Origin: Vezdaea acicularis
Taxonomy: Eukaryota
DNA length: 64,000 nucleotides
Reading direction: 5' to 3'
Assembly (NCBI GenBank): GCA_026025075.1
Contig: JAPEUI010000061.1
Coordinates: 1 to 64,000 of the forward strand
The position numbers were made by a program, and so were the translations under genes. Within the stretch, counting starts at the first letter, position 1; each line of letters opens with the position of its first letter. The notes beneath the pieces were generated by a model. The model did no database searches, was not told the origin of the DNA, and saw only the letters and a program-made list of their open reading frames with translations. Shown here piece by piece: positions 12,804-24,921 of the stretch.

Positions 12804-13396
12804 GGGGGCCGAGCGTGTGGGGTTGGTGGAAAAGGAAGGATGCGGTGGCAGGTAGAGGGGGTGGGGTAAATAGAGGATAGGATAGAATGGGATAGATGTG
12901 TGCCGGGGTTGGGCGTTTAGGCGGTCTACATGGACTAACATGGGTACACATACTTTTCTTCCCTCAACACTCACCTTTCTGGCCATGGTGCTCTGGTAGA
13001 ATAGGAATGCCGCCTAGCTGTTTTTGAAGTGCTGTTGGGGACTTCTTATCACGTGGGTTTGTCGACAAATGGTGAGGGTTAGGGCTAAGTTTAGGGTCAT
13101 AGCCCCCATCACCCCCTGGCGAAGACGCGCGCAAGGCTGCGTAGTCTCCTGCCGAAAGAGACCACTTGCTATCGTAATCACATTCCAATCATCCAGTTCC
13201 ATTCTCTTCCGCTTCGGACAACACCTCTCCACCACCCCTGTCATACCGGACTTTCTGTTTTGCCGCCCTCCGACCCCAAGTACCTCAAGCTCCGCTTACA
13301 CTGGAACCCAATATTCTCAAGCTCAGCAACGCACCCGGAGCTACGCCCGCTATCACCCCCTCCAGCGGTTGACCTAGCACTCTACATCCACCTTAA

Positions 13397-14501
13397 ATGG
13401 CGTCCAAATCAATCTCACTCTCGGTCCGGCCTCGTGGTTAGCCCTCCCCCTCCGGCCCCCTATCCGCCCAATCTTGCTTTCGGCTAGCTAGCTAACAAAT
13501 CCACGCCTATAGGCCAGGCGATCCCCAAGATCCCCGAGACAGCCGCTGTAACCCTCGACGCGCCGGCGTCAGATTTATATCATAGACTGTCTGCAGATTC
13601 AGGACTAAGTGTGCATAGGCTCCGCGTCACGAAGGGGAGCGATGGCTCCGTCGTGCCGAACAGGAAGGAAGTGCGAGTTGGTGATACGGGGTTGAGAGAT
13701 GGGAGCGTGGTATATGTCAAGGACCTAGGTACTGATGCCCTCCGCCAGAGGCCAGCCAGTGCACCGATCCCCAACAGCTAGACCAGGTCGGTTCAGGACA
13801 GCTAACATGTCGAAAATACAGGCCCCCAAATAAGCTGGACGACCGTCTTCCTCGTCGAGTACCTCGGCCCGCTGCTCATCCACCCCCTCATATACTATTC
13901 TCGCCCCTATCTCTACCGCGCACCCCCCACCTCTAACGCCTTCCCGCCTCCGTCTTCCTTACAGACCACAGCCCTCACCCTCGTCCTCGCACACTTCCTC
14001 AAGCGCGAGCTCGAAACGCTGTTCGTCCACCGCTTCAGCCTCGCCACCATGCCCGCCCGCAACATCTTCAAGAATTGTTTCCACTACTGGGTCCTCGCTG
14101 GTCTGAACCTCGCATACTGGATCTACTCGCCCTCTTCTCCCACCGCAGCGCCAGCCAACGCCTACATCCTCTACCCTGCCCTAGCCCTCTGGGTGGTCAG
14201 CGAGGCCGGGAATCTGTACACGCACGTCGTATTGCGCAACCTGCGCTCTCGAGGCGGCAAGGAGCGGGGCATCCCGCGCGGCTGGGCGTTTGAGCTCGTC
14301 ACGTGCCCGAACTATATGTTCGAGGTCGGGGCTTGGCTCAGTATCTGGCTCGTGACGTGGAGTTTGGCGGCCGGCGTGATGACGGTGGCGGGGGGAGCGC
14401 AGATGTGGGTCTGGGCAAGAAAGAAGGAGAGCGCTTATCGGAGGGAGTTTGGGGCCGGGTATAGCCCGAAACGATACGTTATGATTCCGGGGGTGTGTTA
14501 G
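13397..14501 (+). CDS. TSC13: Very-long-chain enoyl-CoA reductase (steroid 5-alpha-reductase-like)
   Basis: Three exons; YVKDLGPQISWTTVFLVEYLGP, HFLKRELETLFVHRFSLATMP, NCFHYW, VTCPNYMFE. Confidence 0.92.
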
Positions 14502-15303
14502 GAAGGAAGAGGAGGAGGGAGAGGAAGAAAAGGGTTGGTGGAGAGGGGCTGTAGGAGTATGTGGGGAAGGTGGGTGGTGTAATGGGGGGGTGTTCGGCGG
14601 AATGTGGGGTGGCTTGGACTGAAACATGCAATAGGGCAAGAGTGCTCGTGATGTAGAAAATTTGGGGGTAAGCATCGTCTATCTGTAAGTGAATAGTACG
14701 TGTTCGCGACCCTGCAAGCTTTACATCCTTCAAACCGTATTAGATGAGGTGGCTCTTATTTCCCGCTCTGGCACTCACTTTCTTCTTTTTCACGATCAAT
14801 TTTCTCAGATATGTCAAACTGTCTCGTCGTTGTCGATCGTGGTTATTCCACGCTCTGTTGGTCTGTCAGCCTCTTTGGCCGCCTCTATCTCTTCTTCTTC
14901 CCCCGTGACAAAACGGCTGTCTTCTGGTTTTGCACCCTTCGAATCCGACAAGGGTGTATCTTGGCGAGTCCAACATCGCCAACAAGGGCTCCTAGAGGTC
15001 TGTGCTTCTATCCAGCGATCACGATGATCGCCTGGTCTATTCCACTTTCTTGATCTGGAGTTCTTTGGCTCGACGCTACGGTATGCACGAGCACCACGTT
15101 GTCGAACGGGGGCTTGGGCTTGCAAACTCTTCGGATGATGAGACGTTGGTGGAGATCCTTTTTCCAAAACCTATCTGTGAAACCTACTAGCATGTCTTTT
15201 CGACCATTTGCTCGTTTCTGGGAGATTTGCGAATGGTTCTTTAGTTATCGCGTCTACATGTTGGCATCACTTGATTTATAGCAAGTGTTTATTTTCTTTC
15301 ATA

Positions 15304-15330
15304 TACACTGCGGCTTGAAGCCGCAGTGTA
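15304..15330. repeat. 27-bp palindrome with 13-bp arms, TACACTGCGGCTT-G-AAGCCGCAGTGTA
   Basis: Exact inverted repeat read from the sequence. Confidence 0.9.
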
Positions 15331-15716
15331 CAACCCCACTCTCACCCTTGTTTGTGCTACCCATTCTCCAAAGAAATAACTCAGGATGCGGGCCTGTTGG
15401 GTGCATTACCTATTTCCGCCGCGAGTAACTTCAAACTCGGGTCGCCTATTGCACCAAGCTTCTTGAGAGATTATTGCGCAATGACAAGACTCAAGCTTGG
15501 CATGCCCCTCTATTCTATCGTGAAGAATATAATTTCTTTGCACCCGTTTTTCAATCTTTTTTGGAAGCCCAATATCTGTCTATGGTTGCATTATCTTTAT
15601 GCCCCTCCTTACTACCTAGAGTTAGTCAACTCTTTGGTTTCATGGATGAATGATTCGAGCCTGAGCCACTGCCCTTGATAGTAGGAAGTCTTCGGAGCAG
15701 TGCGGGATAATAGAAA

Positions 15717-17435
15717 ATGATGCACCCCGAACTTTGGAGGTCTCTATACTTAGCTATCTTGGTCGTTGAGTTATTCTTCAAGGACGTTGAAGGGCGGACA
15801 CGTTTTACCAAAGATAACCATGCGCCAAATCCTCCAGCACTCACCTTCCCGCCAACATGTATGGGGGAACTTCCTCCGTCCAACACCGACCTAAGCCTAT
15901 ACGATAGTCTGCAAGACTTCTGCGCGCCCATCACGCCCATAGAAGGCCTTCAGAACATGGGCTGCGAGTGCGTCAATTGGCCAGACCGGAGTTTGCCACG
16001 GTCAAAGATCCAATGCCAGAGCACGCCCGATGAACCTCCCGTGTCGCTAAAGCCTGGCCAGCGGCGAAGAAGCCGTACACAGGAGGAGCAGTACTGCGAG
16101 GCGCACTGCTCGTGTGAAGAGTACCAGACGGTACAGTGGACGGAGGAGACAGATCCAAATCCGGAGAACTGGCTGGGGCTGGAGAGCGATGATGCCACGG
16201 AGGACGCTACAGAAGCGTTTGAAGCTGCGAAAGCGCTGCTGAGAAATAAATTAAGACAGGAAGTGGAGAGGCTTCCGGAAATCGCCAGCATATGGGACCT
16301 ATATGAGAAGCACGACTTGGCAGTCAGGTATCTAGAGAAAGGCAGGCCTTGCGGAAACCATAGCGATTGTCTTCATAGGGGGAAGTGCTATGATTTTGGG
16401 CACTTGAAGGAGGGCCAGTTTAGATGCGTAAGGCCTCCACATCTAGGGTTTCAGAGTGGAGGAAAACTCTTCCCACGAAGAGATTTGGAGTTCAAAGATT
16501 CGAAGCACCAAACTAAGTTTGAATACGGAGACCCTTTAGACACTACCAAAGGCACAGCCCAAGCTGAGCCTGCAGCGTTCGAAACCCAGGAGCCGTTTGA
16601 CTATGAGCTGCCGGAGGAGAGACTAGCACGAATTCACCAAAGAGAGTCGGAACAACTGAAGAACATGATGATGATGATGGTTAACATTCCCAAGAAAAAT
16701 GGGCCTGCTCGATGCGAGGACCATAGCGACTGTGAACCGGGCCTTATCTGCAGCTACTTTGATCCGCTGAACGTTCTACAGCTAGGGATTTGCACGCCAT
16801 TAGGTGATCTATTCAACCTGCACAAGTCGTATAAAGAGCTCACTGCTCATCTTCCGCGCATATGGGCAACATCTCAAAACACGGCGCTTAAAATACAAGA
16901 CTCTGGAGATAAGAAGTCCCACGAGGAATGCCGATTTTCTGCAATTACTAGCAGATCTATCAAGAAGCACCTACAATGTAAGCACAAATTGGAATGTGCG
17001 GCGGGAGAGACATGTGCGTTTGACAGCTCTGTATTCAACCAACGTGGGGACCCGGTGGAAAAGTCGGCGATGTCCCGCGAAACAGGTACATGTATAAAGC
17101 TATCCCCGGACCACACCCAAGAAGTCGCACCGACGCAAGAACGAGTCCGCCCATACACCCGCCAAGACGCCATAGATTATGATGCGGTCTCTGACGGAAA
17201 ATGTTGGGATTCTTTCGACTGCAGCTCTGGCTTTTCCTGCCAACCCCTGAGCATCCTCTTCCCGGAGCGGTTTGGAGCTTCTACAATGACTTATTGCATC
17301 GCTGACAGGATAGCCTTCCGTCGTCGGCAGCAACGTCAGCGTCGTTCTCTAGACGCGACCCTAACGTCGACAGAAACGCAGACTCATGGCACACGCGGAG
17401 AAGCTGGAGGTTTGCGTGGGAGTGCAAGCCTATAG
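15717..17435 (+). CDS. Putative secreted cysteine-rich protein (family member B) with an N-terminal family domain and four C-x5-C-x5-C modules
   Basis: 572-aa ORF; hydrophobic N-terminus; YDSLQDFCA...NMGCEC...C...YCEAHCSC; modules CGNHSDCLHRGKC, CEDHSDCEPGLIC, CKHKLECAAGETC, CWDSFDCSSGFSC. Confidence 0.75.
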   Translation: MMHPELWRSLYLAILVVELFFKDVEGRTRFTKDNHAPNPPALTFPPTCMGELPPSNTDLSLYDSLQDFCAPITPIEGLQNMGCECVNWPDRSLPRSKIQCQSTPDEPPVSLKPGQRRRSRTQEEQYCEAHCSCEEYQTVQWTEETDPNPENWLGLESDDATEDATEAFEAAKALLRNKLRQEVERLPEIASIWDLYEKHDLAVRYLEKGRPCGNHSDCLHRGKCYDFGHLKEGQFRCVRPPHLGFQSGGKLFPRRDLEFKDSKHQTKFEYGDPLDTTKGTAQAEPAAFETQEPFDYELPEERLARIHQRESEQLKNMMMMMVNIPKKNGPARCEDHSDCEPGLICSYFDPLNVLQLGICTPLGDLFNLHKSYKELTAHLPRIWATSQNTALKIQDSGDKKSHEECRFSAITSRSIKKHLQCKHKLECAAGETCAFDSSVFNQRGDPVEKSAMSRETGTCIKLSPDHTQEVAPTQERVRPYTRQDAIDYDAVSDGKCWDSFDCSSGFSCQPLSILFPERFGASTMTYCIADRIAFRRRQQRQRRSLDATLTSTETQTHGTRGEAGGLRGSASL

Positions 17436-18592
17436 AGGTACCAACGCGTGGTCCAGAACCATCGAGGAAACTCATTCCTGATGCGCGAATTTTGGACGAC
17501 TGGTTATCCTGCGTGTGGCAGTCTTATTAGTGTAGAGGCTGCAGCAAGGCCGGGTCTACAACCTGATACGGCCACCCAAAGAGGTTGAGGCTTTGATTAA
17601 GGGTACACATCATTGCTATTTGGAGCGTATATGGACATTGGATATTTCAGGGTAATGGATTGAGCCCATATCTGAAGGTAAAGGGGAGGGAAGGGTAGAT
17701 GCTAGAGTCTATAGGGATACCTCTTTGGATAGGATCGGCTCTTTGATGAGCTTTCTCTAGGATATAATCCGGAAAATGGACCATCAATGGCTATTTGACG
17801 GGTCCAAGCATTAAACTTTCATGGCCGATGTGCTGAGTTACACATAACTACCCTATATATCACTTCTGCTTAAATTAACTCAAAGCTTGAAGATCTCCAT
17901 ACAGCGAAAACAAGATAATGTGATGTCTTGACCAAGCTCTGCATTGATACATACTTGAGCTTGAGTTCGAGTTTTAGATTGATAGCGGGTTGCTCCGCCG
18001 ATTTTTCTCAGTCATCATAAGCCTGAGGTATGAGGTGACATTTATGCGGGTGCTCGTCTATAGTCCGTGCGCTATCGGCAAACTTTGTGCTCGATACAGG
18101 TTGATGTTGGGTCATCCTTAAACAAAGGGGCTCCGGACGATACAATCGAGGTTCAGCCCTACGGCAAGACTTTCCCCGCGGGTGGCTTGGCATTTAGGCT
18201 TTGGCTAGACCAACCGCGAATTCCGCCACCGCAACGATCACATGCATTTCTCGTTTCCCATGTCTAACCGCGCCGCGGAACAATACTCTTGTCGACGATG
18301 CTTGTCTCTTGGTAGTCAGATGATATGGCCGTAAGATCCGACTCCAATTGCACGCCTCCGCTTTCCTGCTACACTCCTTCAGGTTGAGCCTTCTTCTTCG
18401 TAATCACTCTCCGCTCTTCATTTGTGAAGCTATAGAATGTTGAGTCAAGCCTCTTCGTTACCGTCCGTTTTCATTGTTGTTCCTCTTGGTGGTCGGCATT
18501 GTATCATAGATTTCACACAAGCATTGTGCATGGCATATTCTATTCTTTCCCCATTTGCGTAGAAGTAGGTTCGCGCTGGTAGCATCGCAACG

Positions 18593-20831
18593 ATGATTGG
18601 TGAGTAGGCAGCGAACCTTCCTACCATTCTTAGGTTGGCCTCCAAACTGATTACATAAATATAGACCACGTCCTTGGTCGGCCATCAGTTCAGTTCCGCA
18701 AGATACAAGTCTTTGCAGTAGTCTCGTTCTGGTCTCTGTATCTATCAAGGTTAGAACACCGGTCCTTCAACTGATTAGGGTGGCAAGCTCACGTATCAGC
18801 AGAGGCAACAAGCATGGCCCTCCGATACTACGGCAATTCTCTTCCCGTATATCAACCCGCTTGACTGCGTGGCAAACTCTAGTCATAACCCTATTATGGC
18901 TTTATGTAGCCCGTAATTTCGGGAAGCTGCTTGGACTTGAGTGTCCTGAGCCTCTTGCAAATCTCTACACACGATCTTATTTCAGAGCAACATGGGTCAC
19001 AACAGCGCTAGATGCGGGGTTCTGGACGGCAATGAGGATACGAAGGAAGTGGGTTCGAGATCTGGCGTCGATCGTCTTCTCGTTGTACTACCTTGTTGCT
19101 GCGGAGCAGGCGGACGAGAAGGTGCGGAAAATGCGAGGAATGTTGACGGTTGACCACTTGCGGGTCTCGTGGAACAAGCCAACAACTCCATATCTTCGAT
19201 TCTTCACGAAGCTCTTAAGGCCAAGACTAGCGCGATACCCACCAAGAGCTATTCGAATTCCAAGGCCAAGGGACTCGTCTTACAAGGACCACATAAATGC
19301 GTGGCTTTATTTTGATGGTCCTCTGACGGCGCTTAGAGACCACACGAGGGTAGTTCTGGACGTCCCTGGCGGCGGGTTTGTTGCAATGAATCCGAGAACA
19401 AACGATGATAAGCTCCTTGCATGGGCCGGCAAGACTGGGCTGCCTATACTAAGCTTGGATTATCGGAAAGCCCCTGAATTCCCATATCCTTACGCGCTCA
19501 ACGAGATCTACGATACGTATCATACGATAGCTGCAAGTCGCGGTCGCTGTGTTGGACTCTCTGGAGAAGTCCAGCCCAAGATCCTCATCACGGGGGACAG
19601 CGCAGGTGGAAACCTTGCCACCGCAGCGGTGCTGATGATTCTTCAGTCAAGCAGCGATGACTCGCAGCGGCTACGAGGCTCAGAAGCCTTGCCTCCGCCC
19701 GATGGCCTCATGCTCATTTATCCCGGATTGACCATGAACATAGGAAACTGGATGACGGACGAGCAGATGACGCTCATCAAAGACCGTCGAATGCGGAAGA
19801 CTAATAAATCCATCCTCCGCCGCAAATCTGAAGACTACAATAAGCTCACCCCGAGCACTCCGCACATCTCCCACGACGAAGACGAAGCCACATCCCCACC
19901 ACTTGCCCCAGCAGCCACCAAACCCATGAACGACAGCCCCGTCCTCGAGCCTCCAGCGGCTGTTAGCCCCTCGGTCGCCAAGCACACCGCCAGCGTTGCC
20001 CAATCCAAGCCACAGCAGCTCAAAACGCGGCTAGCCATGTCTTCCATGATCTCCTACTTCAATGACCGGATCCTAACCCCTGAAATGATGCGGGCCATGA
20101 TAATCCTGTACGTAGGCCCCCACCACCGCCCGGACTTCGCCACAGACTTCCTCCTTTCTCCGCTCCTGGCGCCTGAATCACTTCTCGCACGTTTTCCAAA
20201 GACGTACTTCCTAACCGGCGAGCGTGACCCGCTCGTAGACGATACCGTCATCTTCGCCGGGCGCTTGCGTCAAGCAGCAGCCACGCGGTGGCAGGAACGG
20301 AAGGAGTTGGGTTTGCTGAGTAGGGAAGAGCGGAAATCTGGGTTCCAGGAAAGGAACCATGTGGAGGTCGCGCTGATCCCGGGAATCAGCCATGGCTTCA
20401 TGCAGTTCGTGAGCGTGTTTCCGGAAGGGTGGAAACATATCTTCCGCTGCGCTACTTGGATCGAGGAGGCTTTTGATAAGGCAGATGCGCGGGACCGTCA
20501 CAAGGCAGGCGTACAGACACCAGGGACTGAAAGTGTGTTAGAGCCGGGCGGTGAGGAGGAAGAAAAGAGGTATCATCAACGCCTACGAACGGAAAGCTCG
20601 GGCGATGAGGACCGTCCGCTCGAGATGAGCATGATGGCCCCATCCTCATCTGCAAGGGGTGGGCGTGCTAATGGACTCTGCAGAGGTCGTGGGAGGGGGA
20701 GGGGAAGAGAGCGGAAACCACAAGTCAGCAGGACCGTGAGCAACATCAGTCTAGCGAGCGAGGACGACTTGCTTTCGAAACGAATGCGGCAATTAGCCGG
20801 AGGTCTATTGGGAGAAGAAAGAGAGGAATAG
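18593..20831 (+). CDS. Hormone-sensitive-lipase-like alpha/beta hydrolase
   Basis: Spliced N-terminus MIDHVLGRPSVQFRKIQ; PGGGF oxyanion motif, GDSAGG nucleophile, DPLVDD, HGF. Confidence 0.9.
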
Positions 20832-20865
20832 CCAGGTATATAGAGAAAACTACATGTTTAACAGT

Positions 20866-21744
20866 TCAAGGTCCTATCCCTTCGCTCAACTGGTTCGACA
20901 AGCCGAGTGCGGAGCATCGCCTATGCCCCGCTTGGCAGAGGGGTGCGTCTAATCCGTACTTGCGGGTTGATGCGGGACGTTGTGGAGGTGATAAACGCTT
21001 GCGTGCACTTCGTTGTCGAGATGCCTCTCTCAAATTCTCTCGGAACACTGAGTACTCATGGTTCTTTTTAGAGTACCACGCTCGCTGAGGCCCCTGTTTA
21101 TCGTAATGAAGATTCAGCTTCGCATCTGCATCCATCCATGTAGGATTATCGAATGTAGGCTCAAGTGCTGCATCTCTGAAATTCCTGTTATTCTTTTCTC
21201 TCTCCCTACCCTCTTCAACGCACTTGCACACTCCTCGACAGAAATCCAGGTAGTGCTGCAACAACATCGGAGGCTGAAAATGTGCTCGGATATTCTCGCC
21301 AGGGGAGCAGCTCATCGAGTTCCTCCAGCCGTCATCTACGCATATGCAGTTCATAGTATTTGGGTCGAGGCGTAGAGAAGCAGGCACAGTCTCGTGAAAG
21401 GAGATCCGGCCATGAGTGCAGAACTCTTGAATACCTCCATCGTACATATCGCTTGGGATGCCAAAAGCTCTGGGCCAAGGAAGAAACCTCAGCTGTCTTC
21501 CGTACCATGGGAATTCAGGAATGTATTGGCTACGCAGAGGGTTGCCCACGGTATATGGCGACCATAGTCTCCCCAAGTTCTCATTCACCGGCTGCGGCGG
21601 CAATTGGAAGAGCTGGTAGTAGCTCCATCCGCCGGCCATAGTGTAGGGTTGCAGGATGAAATGTGGATAATCGCATTGCAGCTCGGGTTCAGCTCGTGTG
21701 AAGTTTATGAAAGGAAATACAATGATGAGGATGCAGTATCGCAT
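20866..21744 (-). CDS. Secreted cysteine-rich protein (family member C)
   Basis: ATG 21744 MRYCILIIVFPFINFTRA signal peptide; GIQEFC...NTMNCIC...MSC...DFCRGVCKC matches the Cys spacing of members A and B. Confidence 0.7.
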   Translation of the reverse strand: MRYCILIIVFPFINFTRAEPELQCDYPHFILQPYTMAGGWSYYQLFQLPPQPVNENLGRLWSPYTVGNPLRSQYIPEFPWYGRQLRFLPWPRAFGIPSDMYDGGIQEFCTHGRISFHETVPASLRLDPNTMNCICVDDGWRNSMSCSPGENIRAHFQPPMLLQHYLDFCRGVCKCVEEGREREKNNRNFRDAALEPTFDNPTWMDADAKLNLHYDKQGPQRAWYSKKNHEYSVFRENLREASRQRSARKRLSPPQRPASTRKYGLDAPLCQAGHRRCSALGLSNQLSEGIGP

Positions 21745-22176
21745 ACTGGATAAGATCAAAACGGGTGTAAGCAGTTCTGCACTCGGTGGTCTTACGCCTG
21801 AGAGGGAAAGCAGAGCAATATAAACAAATGTATTAGATCTCAAGGGGTCCAAAATTTGGGATTCTTCCGAATCCCGCCGAGGACGAGAAAATCTCGCCTT
21901 AATACCGCAGAGGATATTCGTGCCGACTTGAATTTATAAGTTCTTGCAGCGCCAGACATATGGCCTGGAGCAACTCATGCCGGCAAATGCTCGCAAGTAA
22001 GCCACGTGAACGTGGTAATCCGTGCGGCCTTTCTCCCCAACGAGGATGAAAACATAGCCGTGGAAAATTGGAACAAGTCAGATAGCACAAAGCTTAAATC
22101 TTCGCATTCCTGCCATACACAAACTACCGCATGTACCATGTTTTCAACGCCGCATAACACCTGATGCAGTTTTTAC

Positions 22177-23730
22177 CTACTTCCCTACTTGCCTTGTATT
22201 CTCTATTTTTTCGCCCTTCGAGAATGTAGCTTTAATTGCCTCGCCTAATATTGCCATTCCCTCTTCGATCTCGGCGTCGCTGATAATGAGAGGTGGCACG
22301 AACCTCAAAGTGTTCGTTCCGCATGTGATGAGTAACAGACCTCTCTCTCTTGCAGCCGTCAGGATTGGTGACGGGTCCTGCGTGAGCTGCAGACCCAGTA
22401 TCAAGCCCTTACCCCTAGTTTCCCTTATGAGATGCGGATACCGATCCTGGAGCGTGGCGAAGTGTGCACGTAGAATCTCCCCCTTTCGCACCACGGATTT
22501 CTGTAGCTCGATGTTACAGAGCCTCGTAAAGATACTATGCGCAACACGCGCACCGAGTGGATTCCCGCCAAAAGTTGTCCCGTGGTCACCCGTTTTAATT
22601 TTGTCGTGGACGGCGCCGTTCACTACGGTCGCACCGATTGGGTAGCCATTCCCGAGTGCTTTTGCGGTGGTAATTATGTCCGGGTGTGCGGAGGGAGGGA
22701 GTGATGAATGAGCCCAAAGCATTCCAGTCCTCGAAAGTCCGCATTGGATCTCATCATAAATGAGAACAGCTCCAACAGCATTGCAGCGATTGCGTAAGGC
22801 TTGTAGGAACTCAGGAGAGGCGACGTTTACACCCCCTTCGCCCTGAATCGGTTCTATGATGACACCAGCGGTGTTTTCAGTAACAAGTGCGTCCAATTCT
22901 TCAATATCATTATAGGTCCCATAACGGAAACCTGGTAGCATTGGCGCGAAGGGTGCTTGGTACTTCGGATTCGGCGTTGCAGACAAGGAGCCGAATGTCC
23001 TGCCATGGAAAGAATTTTGAAAAGAGACGATCTCATGTTTGTTGCCAGAAGGCTTATCAACTTTTCCCACTTTGCGGGCGAACTTTAGAGCGGCCTCGTT
23101 GGCCTCAGAGCCAGAGTTACAAATGAATGCAGAGTGTGCAGTAGACATCCCCTTTTTGGCTATAGTTTGCTCGACGAGAAGTCGGCAAAGCGCACCTGTC
23201 CATGGGTTATGGTAGAGATTGGAGGTATGTATGAGAGTCCTAGCCTATGGGAAGTCAGATAATTCAAATGGGTAGCAGCGATGAAGGTACTTGTTGCTCT
23301 ATCTCATAGCTCATCTGGGGGTCGCAATGCCCTAAGGCATTGACTGCTATGCCAGCTGTGAAATCCAGATAGCGGCGGTTCTCCACGTCCCATAAGTGAC
23401 ACCCTTTCCCCTTGACAAACATTGGGGGTGGTCGGACGTAGGTTGCGACCATGAAGGGCGCCTGTTCGGCGACTAGGTGTGCCGTAGCGGAGTCTGAGGG
23501 AGGGTCAGCAGTGGGAAGAGAGGCTTCTTTCTGTGACGTGTTAGCATGCGGCATTTGCATACGATTTAATGGATATCTTGTACATATATATCCTGCTTCA
23601 ATTCATCTGAAAGGTTTGAGGCCGTCGCTGCGGAGGCGTACCGACGACGCACCGCGGGGTTAAGAGCAATTGGAGCATTTCGACCATACAGAGAGGGTAT
23701 CGCTCGTTTTGAGGCTATTCGTAGGGTCAT
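22177..23730 (-). CDS. ARG8: Acetylornithine aminotransferase, mitochondrial
   Basis: Arg-rich presequence; YLDFTAGIAVNALGH, NSGSEANEAALK, FHGRT, EPIQGEGG, DEIQCG, TAKALG (PLP Lys), HGTTFGGNP; two introns. Confidence 0.95.
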
Positions 23731-23821
23731 AACTGCTTCAACTGTCACCGACGACGACCTGTGTTACAGCGGGAAGACAAGCGGTCATCGAATCATTGTA
23801 ATATGGCGAGTTTCCGCAATG

Positions 23822-23827
23822 GAGTCA
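23822..23827 (-). promoter_or_regulatory. Gcn4/CpcA-like core element TGACTC upstream of ARG8
   Basis: ATGACTCC on the minus strand ~95 bp upstream of the ARG8 ATG. Confidence 0.4.
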
Positions 23828-24148
23828 TCGATTGTAGAGCACTTTTTTCGCTACCTTGCATATCGACATGTGAAGGGCGTACGCCCTCAAATCGACCATC
23901 AATTGAGAGCGAAATATTCATTGCAGTTACTTGCAAGTGGTTTGAAAGGCTGAGTATCTAGACTATCACAAATCCAATAATTTCCTATGCTAAATTGTAA
24001 AGAAGTGGTCACTCGTGACATAACAATTTCAGTCGACATTGCCGAATGATTCACATTCCTTTCGCCACTATTCTCGACCCGTAAAGCCAACTCCAACCTT
24101 GCCCCTTGGACAACCAACCTATAATATTACTGCTTCAGACAAACAGCA

Positions 24149-24640
24149 ATGCAATCCTCGCACCACATACCGACATTCACACGCTCCCTCTTTCACCCTA
24201 GAGCTCTCCACACAACCTCTCGTCGCTTGAAGCCCTTTGCTACGTCCCCAGCCCCGCCACCCCTCCCAAAAGAAGAACAAAACCGGTTCGAAGCTCTCCA
24301 ACGCGCCTCTACCGGGGCTTTCTCAACACCACGACCAACCCCTTCAGACTCTACGACGAGCACTTCTCAAACATCCACCGCCCCGGCCGCCTCAATCTCT
24401 TCAAGACCGCAAATAAATCAGAGTCCGGCGTCCTCGTTAGAAGAGCTCAAGCTTGACGCAACCGTCGAAGCAACCGGCGACGGGAAGGAGCTTCACCCCG
24501 ATGTCCGGCGTGGTGCAAAGCCCGAATTCGAAGGTGACATAAATCCGAAGACTGGCGAGATGGGAGGTCCGAAGAACGAACCGCTGCGGTGGGGTGGAGG
24601 GGTCGATTGGAGTTACAACGGGCGGGTGACTGATTTCTAG
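24149..24640 (+). CDS. SDH8: Succinate dehydrogenase assembly factor 4 (DUF1674)
   Basis: PPPLPKEEQ and C-terminal EFEGDINPKTGEMGGPKNEPLRWG...DWSYNGRVTDF. Confidence 0.9.
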   Translation: MQSSHHIPTFTRSLFHPRALHTTSRRLKPFATSPAPPPLPKEEQNRFEALQRASTGAFSTPRPTPSDSTTSTSQTSTAPAASISSRPQINQSPASSLEELKLDATVEATGDGKELHPDVRRGAKPEFEGDINPKTGEMGGPKNEPLRWGGGVDWSYNGRVTDF

Positions 24641-24921
24641 AAGCATCTTGGGATACACGAGTATGCTGTGGGGTTGCGTCGAACGGAGACTGCTTGATCT
24701 GGAAATTTGGCCCATTTGTGAACAGGACGGCTCTACAACTATCCATGCGACCAGCCGATTACATGAACAGCTCACCCGCTGCTCAAAAGAAACAACGTTG
24801 CTACCCACACAACAAGTATTCATCAATTCATCTTCTACATTTGCCTGTCAGCATCACTTTCCAAAGCGTACCGTCTCCTTCAATCACAAAACTTCCGCCG
24901 TCAATCCCAAATCATATAACA

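Noticed and set aside
12186..12986. 266-aa antisense ORF over FBP26
   Set aside because: Overlaps a well-supported gene on the opposite strand; its composition reflects local skew.
13075..13097. Telomere-like AGGGTTAGGG / TTTAGGG
   Set aside because: Fewer than two repeats; no support for an interstitial telomere or telomerase RNA template. At most a promoter element of TSC13.
14700..15280. Short overlapping ORFs between TSC13 and member B
   Set aside because: No coherent gene model or protein motif; cannot be told apart from intergenic sequence without a search.
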